A stretch of 64,000 nt of DNA, from NCBI GenBank assembly GCA_040770465.1, contig JAXGJB010000010.1, positions 1 to 64,000 on the forward strand. Reading direction: 5' to 3'. Each line of letters opens with the position of its first letter. Within the stretch, counting starts at the first letter, position 1. The stretch is from Methanothrix sp. (GTDB taxonomy: Archaea; Halobacteriota; Methanosarcinia; Methanotrichales; Methanotrichaceae). Shown piece by piece: positions 62,701 through 64,000 of this stretch. Both the position numbers and the translations under genes were made by a program. A model generated the notes under the pieces. That model saw nothing but the letters and a program-made list of their open reading frames with translations. It did not search any database and was not told the DNA's origin.

Positions 62701-64000
62701 CACCGACAAAGACACTGCTGAGGTGACGGTCGTCTTCGATCACAACCTCTCCATAGAGAAGAAGGCCGACAAATACGAAGTCCAGGAGTGCGATGAGGTC
62801 ACCTACACCATCACCGTCTGCAACAACGGTCTGGAGCCGGAGAAGAACGTCACCGTCTGGGACGTCTTCAACAGGTACGTCGAGATCCTCTCGATGTCAC
62901 CGGCTCCCGGCCCCGACGACAAGTGGCACTTCGCCTCGATCCCGGCAGGCGAATGCGCCGTGATAACGATCAGGATCAAAGTTCCCGAACGTCAGGACTT
63001 CGAGTTCGGGATGGAACAGGGCGTCAGCGGCGAAGGTTTCGTCAACGTCGCCAACGACTACAGCACCACCTTCGAAGAGTACCTGATCAAGAACTGCGCC
63101 TACGCCACCAGCGACTGGAACGTCGACCCCATCTCGTCTTGCATCTGCGTGACGGTTGGAGCTGAGATGGGCACCGAGCTTGAGACCCGCGAGTACGGAA
63201 GCGGCCGCTACGACAGCGAAGAGAAGGTCGACGTCTACACCGAGAACAAGTCGATCGAGTGGGAGGAGGACGTCTCAGCCGGCTACAATCCCACGACCCT
63301 GACTTTGTACAACAACCGGACCGTCTCCTACGACTCGGCCTGGGTCAAGAAGGCTCGGGCGAAGAACTACGTCACAGGGGCCTCTATGTCCGAGACCTAC
63401 CACGACGCCGCATGGCTCGACCGTGAGTCGAGGATCTTCCTCGACGAGAACGAGTCGGTTATGGAGGTCGAGAGCGAGTTCGACGGCCGGGGCCACATCG
63501 GGTTCCTCAAGCTTCCGACGAACACCTCGCCTCGTCAGGTGACCCCCCTCTTCGAGGCGACCGAGGACTACACCGGGAGCTTCAAGGTTGTGGAGAAGGT
63601 CGACGAGTACGGGTCGGCCGTCACTTCTGAGAAGGCCGCGTCGGGTTCGGGGCTGGTCGTCGTCGACAAGAGGGTCGGCGACAGCCAGAGGTCCTACGAG
63701 TCGGGTGCGGGCAGCTACGACTCTGAGGAGCTGATCGAGACCTACACCAACTACATCGCCAAAGACATAAGCGTCGTCAACTCGCCGATGAACCAGAGCC
63801 TAACGGGCGACGTCTCGATCAACAGCTCGATGAAGTGGAAGGAGGGGATGTATTCGAAGGTGCCAGAGACGAGCTTCATCGGCGAGGAGTACACCTCGGT
63901 AACGGAGCTTGACAAGGAGACGGTGGCCAAGGGCCTCAACGAGATGGACACGTTGGCGAACTTCTCCGGGCAAGCTCGGTACCGGGCGATCCTCAAGGAC
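47723..64000 (+). CDS. Giant secreted surface protein (>5400 aa; DUF11/isopeptide-type Ig-like repeats, lamin-tail domain, SdrD-B repeats, C-terminal beta-rich module); runs off window end
   Basis: TTG start MRTVKSFSLLLLSLLIFASISGAFA. Same frame checked at 53330, 58469, 59546 and 63962. No closed ORF in this frame in the track, consistent with no stop. Abundant N-x-S/T sequons. Confidence 0.9.
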   Translation, partial: MRTVKSFSLLLLSLLIFASISGAFAALSVNPIAPASVNICDSTGFVIYINNTGATTENDILLNVTIPSGFSYDDGTTSITFPNGSSNEDPSINGRYLEWNLTEIMTTGAGVVLNEIFPNPIGDETDNERFELYNAGPYTVNVSQWYIKDLTNHIVPIGPNVISGSLNLAPGSYLVVKVPGQAILNTGGDTVRLFDGSNVQIDSVAYPDSSNNEGQSWACVPDGSELWNWRSSTLGATNGGLAVGSLAPGGQIKVEFNLTAACGTPSGSRIKADVFYLGGSSSKSSTSMLVKQGFLKVTKTPTVVEAGVGDVVNWTIAVENTGLGPAYNVRVNDTLSSGLTLLSIDSPSSSMNWTYGAIGPGETKIVNISVRVTACGDLYNRVNVSWGCDGTPCQKTYAKASVKLIPRDPDLTYTVSPMVVPYCGNLTVYVNATNSGLGGVVDLILQFSGISADYAVSNVLGAVYYPGNETFFVGDVPPNTWKNFTFDFGMPYGSCGSKGKSGTVTIYPHHKDDCGNPWYPPVDLVSYSMESGTLSSISVSKTASKTVAYLDDEVDFTLEVTYTAGSCGENITRSIVDRYPENFTLIDAAGGVNDSANHTITWTGQLLQDNVTWSKTIRLKATADLAACDCGRTVTNQIEVSDAVDCCGCNISGASSADVVIECFNETILDSSSKSASPNPQENCRNVTYTTTYTFASSVGSLNWSDMNFTELGGNGQVFPDGNASGTATFTVNGSCSTDQTIAIGSPTNLGFLNGACGPLGSGAVLAVTYTLRQPQTWSGPDWSALCIEGYGSGCSGDSCLYESAPVSVSRADYSIGISGVPTRLDSCEVFDVTITLNKASPDDDPRWIGHDMYIVYNDTNYRYIGPAVISGIKNYVNSSSVPVASFEPTRSGNDLVWYLGANISRGGTITFPVEKRCPPDKLIAADLNYTDNCGVLQNGSASDSPSLVLFGNIIIQKNPEVIFALDKNASWKIYVTNTGSGTAYNVTVNDTLDSDLSYVSSKIDGSSDPANTTVIDSNHVIWNLGDMPPKMQRVIEMNAVLVGCENRMNHVQAVWGCGDRECQTPVSDTSVVELVDGELLIARHDAEPIDDCGANSSFIIEVKNGAGPTLYNVSITEELPSGLLYVPGSSVVTGASTTSTNLSGGTLEWRFDQPEGWPAGSSVVITFNVTINSSDPCEFTGGNSVVKVNYTTPCGAYGPEIESEILVEETDTHVSISKSPELTVAEPGMIVTWTIRIESDGADPATNVTLFDILPNNTAYDSAIPVPNSTSPLRWDFGTLNVGDSRTITLNASVTTCTDETENNATVFWGCCPNDMGMETDIVALRTPPEITLSKDHDYLDTCGGNFTITINNTGSTAYTPEVKEILPVGFVYKAGSAVVSSNNASHTSLVNEPAFDYSAVNRTVIWDGSNVDRVYRNETITITFGVESCPACCNVSVKPNENFVYFNYTNRCGNFSSVNFSQSISPKLAVLDVEKTPFNQTVGGEASWTITLTNVGDGIARNVTVRDVVGDGFSNVAVIDGDVTVNGYTIIEWSNLTLGVGGSWVRTITAKPKGSGSLVNNVYAFGACENGCVYSSDEDAAYTARINITKDPDAVETIGGFANFTIYVEYWGAGEQYNNTRIVDLLPAGLKYYDYECQDSGGSCGNASVSGNPLVWDLGNFTGDRQVRINLSTIVEDVYGNQNGTVLINRVESFHEDENGTIFDDGDEANVTIVEPDLSIKKSTSVPSGVVVAGDEIRYTINVSHTDASSSDAYDLVINDTIPDGLVFVPGSNSSTLSTSFSRTGQNLTWTLPNLNLAGTSYVVLTYNVTVGADVVLNTTFINNATVTWTSIPGENSDERFGNWTVLDDYNRGDDSTLKVDSNVTAIKLPDELRYRTIGELVNYTIEVDLPNATALDLWVNDTLPAGLIYNSTSLVVKDRNGLALTPTESFSTPNDGTATVQINWSFGDFNNSENKDIVIEFEAIVANVDLNQAGYTIANNSASYSWFDGTGTLHTGSDESGKVEIEEPVLTIDKTFSPGGPFSAGDLIMFTLNVTNTDPSQRPAYDIVVNDTIPPGLNYVNSSSSGAYRPSNRTITWSIPTLDLDASIELTYNVTVDQNVVGSSTLVNTASVTWTSTPGSNPNERNGTGTGPNDYFDNDSAPVTVQNATTVIKLPDELRYRTIGELVNYTIEVDLPNATVLDLWVNDTLPRGLIYNSTSLVVKDTNGLAIFPVETVSTPNNGLDVVFINWSFGTFDNSANRDLVITFDTIVANVLLNQNGTTLDNNSASYSWTDNSSTLHSGTDESGKVEIEEPVLTIDKTFSPGGPFSAGDLIMFTINVTNTDPSQRPAYDIVVNDTIPPGLNYVNSSSSGMYSSGNRTITWSIPTLDLDASIELTYNVTVDQNVVGSSTLVNNVSVTWTSTPGSNPNERNGTGTGPNDYFDNDSAPVTVQNATTVIKLPDELRYRTIGELVNYTIEVDLPNATVLDLWVNDTLPRGLIYNSTSLVVKDTNGLAIFPVETVSTPNNGLDVVFINWSFGTFDNSANRDLVITFDTIVANVLLNQNGTTLDNNSASYSWTDNSSILHSGTDESGKVEIEEPVLTIDKTFSPGGPFSAGDLIMFTLNVTNTDPSQRPAYDIVVNDTIPPGLNYVNSSSSGAYRPSNRTVVWSIPTLDLDASIELTYNVTVDQNVVGSSTLVNTASVTWTSTPGSNPNERNGTGTGPNDYFDNDSAPVTVQNATTVIKLPDELRYRTIGELVNYTIEVDLPNATVLDLWVNDTLPRGLIYNSTSLVVKDTNGLAIFPVETVSTPNNGLDVVFINWSFGTFDNSANRDLVITFDTIVANVLLNQNGTTLDNNSASYSWTDNSSILHSGTDESGKVEIEEPVLTIDKTFSPGGPFSAGDLIMFTLNVTNTDPSQRPAYDIVVNDTIPPGLNYVNSSSSGAYRPSNRTITWSIPTLDLDASIELTYNVTVDQNVVGSSTLVNTASVTWTSTPGSNPNERNGTGTGPNDYFDNDSAPVTVQNATTVIKLPDELRYRTIGELVNYTIEVDLPNATVLDLWVNDTLPRGLIYNSTSLVVKDTNGLAIFPVETVSTPNNGLDVVFINWSFGTFDNSANRDLVITFDTIVANVLLNQNGTTLDNNSASYSWTDNSSILHSGTDESGKVEIEEPVLTIDKTFSPGGPFSAGDLIMFTLNVTNTDPSQRPAYDIVVNDTIPPGLNYVNSSSSGAYRPSNRTITWSIPTLDLDASIELTYNVTVDQNVVGSSTLVNTASVTWTSTPGSNPNERNGTGTGPNDYFDNDSAPVTVQNATTVIKLPDELRYRTIGELVNYTIEVDLPNATVLDLWVNDTLPRGLIYNSTSLVVKDTNGLAIFPVETVSTPNNGLDVVFINWSFGTFDNSANRDLVITFDSIVANVLLNQNGTTLDNNSASYSWTDNSSILHSGTDESGKVEIEEPVLTIDKTFSPGGPFSAGDLIMFTLNVTNTDPSQRPAYDIVVNDTIPPGLNYVNSSSSGAYRPSNRTIIWSIPTLDLDDWVVVTYNATLDSGEITSLTLFNGAEVTWTSTPGPNENERYGNWTVLNDYNDTSRVVFDIEPASLGDFVWLDINGDGIQDSGEPGVANVTVHLYNSTGSIIGTTTTNSTGYYSFTDLVPGNYSVDFVLPSGYSFSPRDQGSDDGLDSDANTTTGRTVDTTLDSGENDPTWDAGIYLPASLGDFVWLDTDADGIQDSSEPGVDNVTVHLYNSTGSIIGTTSTNSTGYYSFTNLVPGNYSVDFVLPSGYNFSPQDQGGDDGLDSDADVTTGRTVNTTLDSGENDPTWDAGIYVPAALGDFVWLDINGDGIQDSGEPGVENVTVHLYNSTGDWIGTTTTNGTGYYSFTNLVPGNYSVSFDLPSGYNFSPQDQGGDDGMDSDANVTTGRTIDTTLASGENDPTWDAGLLLPASIGVEKTVDIPEGSTSTRVNFTIVVTNTGNATLDPVVATDTLPFGLDDPAASVDGSVSGNVVTWNLGEMKSGDSRTVWLEAHINGSAFDNLTNLVEVEGKPEYGNNVTDNDSVNVTAVDADIDIEKSANVTSGSLSTRVNFTLVVTNTGNATLDPVIVTDTLPIGLDEPVASSGGFVSGNVATWNLGGMSGGETRTLWLEAHINGSWIGNLTNSAHVEGKPEHGYNVTDDASVNVTAVDASIRLDKTSNVSSGSLSTRVNFTLVVTNTGNATLDPVVVTDTLPIGLDEPVASSGGFVSGNVATWNLGGMSGGETRTLWLEAHINGSRIGNLTNFARVEGKPEKGDNVTDDDSVNVTAVDASIRLDKTSNVSSGSLSTRVNFTLVVTNTGNATLDPVIVTDTLPIGLDEPVASSGGFVSGNVATWNLGGMSGGETRTLWLEAHINGSKFGNLTNFARVEGKPEHGNNVTDDDSVNVTAVDASIRLDKTTNVSSGSPSTRVNFTLVVTNTGNATLDPVIVTDTLPIGLDEPVASSGGFVSGNVATWNLGEMSGGETRTLWLEAHINGSKFGNLTNFARVEGKPEHGNNVTDDDSVNVTAVYARITVHKVVDIPVGEVGTNVTFTIFVNNTAKAILDPVVVTDSLPHGLEYVSSTPPGARSGNTVVWNLGTMTPGEMKIISLVARINGSAFGNLTNLVEVEGKPEHGDNVTDNDTENVTALGAEIDVEKTVDIPVGSASTRVNFTILVNNTGKVALDPVLVADTLPDGLDEPAPSDGGSVFGNTVTWNLGRLNVGDARTIYLQAHINGSKFDNLTNYVEVEGDPEFGDNVTDNDTVNVTALEAKIDVEKTVNISVGSASTRVNFTIVVTNTGSADLDPVVVTDTLPFGLDNATSPSGGNESGGVVTWNLGRLHVGDVRTVYLEAHINGAKTGNLTNLVEVEGQPEHGNNVTDNDTENVTALEATIDVNKTADRSVAKNGTVVNFTIVVTNAGVADLDPVVVTDTLPTCFEYLSSTFNGSESGGVVTWNLGRLNSSDSRIIALSAMVNCSGAGVVTNLVEVEGEPEHGDNVTDKDTAEVTVVFDHNLSIEKKADKYEVQECDEVTYTITVCNNGLEPEKNVTVWDVFNRYVEILSMSPAPGPDDKWHFASIPAGECAVITIRIKVPERQDFEFGMEQGVSGEGFVNVANDYSTTFEEYLIKNCAYATSDWNVDPISSCICVTVGAEMGTELETREYGSGRYDSEEKVDVYTENKSIEWEEDVSAGYNPTTLTLYNNRTVSYDSAWVKKARAKNYVTGASMSETYHDAAWLDRESRIFLDENESVMEVESEFDGRGHIGFLKLPTNTSPRQVTPLFEATEDYTGSFKVVEKVDEYGSAVTSEKAASGSGLVVVDKRVGDSQRSYESGAGSYDSEELIETYTNYIAKDISVVNSPMNQSLTGDVSINSSMKWKEGMYSKVPETSFIGEEYTSVTELDKETVAKGLNEMDTLANFSGQARYRAILKD
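53330..58277 (+). repeat. 858-bp (286-aa) near-identical tandem repeat, ~5.8 copies
   Basis: aagcttcccgacgagcttcgttac at 53330, 54188, 55046, 55904, 56762, 57620. Confidence 0.95.
58460..59495 (+). repeat. 345-bp (115-aa) SdrD B-like domain repeat, three copies
   Basis: LGDFVWLD.(N/D).DGIQDS.EPGV...DSDA...WDAG at 58469, 58814, 59159. Confidence 0.92.
59500..62740 (+). repeat. 360-bp (120-aa) DUF11-like repeat, nine copies
   Basis: STRVNFT.VVTNTG...VVVTDTLP.GL...TWNLG at 59546, 59906, 60266, 60626, 60986, 61346, 61706, 62066, 62426. Confidence 0.9.

Noticed and set aside
53330-62740. Possible CRISPR array or DGR template/variable repeats
   Set aside because: Units are long in-frame coding repeats without spacers; no reverse transcriptase or cas gene in the window, and no obvious adenine-specific variation
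48563-63996. Many minus-strand and off-frame ORFs, including the 570-aa ORF and the repeated 128-aa and 62-aa ORFs
   Set aside because: Antisense shadows of the giant + strand gene; their periodicity simply reflects its 858-bp and 360-bp repeats
1-64000. tRNA/rRNA genes, integrase or prophage
   Set aside because: None recognised by eye; a tRNAscan/Rfam run would be needed to exclude small RNAs

Overview
High-GC archaeal chromosomal segment, most consistent with an acetoclastic Methanotrichaceae (Methanothrix/Methanosaeta-like) methanogen. That assignment is inferred from gene content and protein style, not from a database search. It carries housekeeping genes (pyrC, secDF, hps-RraA fusion, dapF, DHH/RecJ, alaS, pcm, gpmI, mobB, ADP-forming acetyl-CoA synthetase) and many exported proteins. 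Accessory elements: (1) a low-GC two-gene cassette encoding a CxP-repeat small protein in frame with an RRE-radical SAM/SPASM enzyme, a candidate archaeal RiPP system; (2) a complete TnpB-only IS200/IS605 element (26481-27717) whose ends, TCAT TAM and empty site can be reconstructed, inserted at the stop codon of a PQQ-propeller/DOMON gene; (3) a low-GC HEPN-like gene; (4) an archaeal ATPase flanked by a ~460-bp direct duplication. The last quarter is one giant ORF missed by the ORF track (47723 to beyond 64000, >5400 aa). It encodes a secreted DUF11/lamin-tail/SdrD-B surface protein with 858-, 345- and 360-bp tandem repeats. Its C-terminal beta-rich module is shared with three other secreted proteins in the window, a candidate sheath/envelope-sorting module. 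No rRNA, tRNA or CRISPR array was seen.
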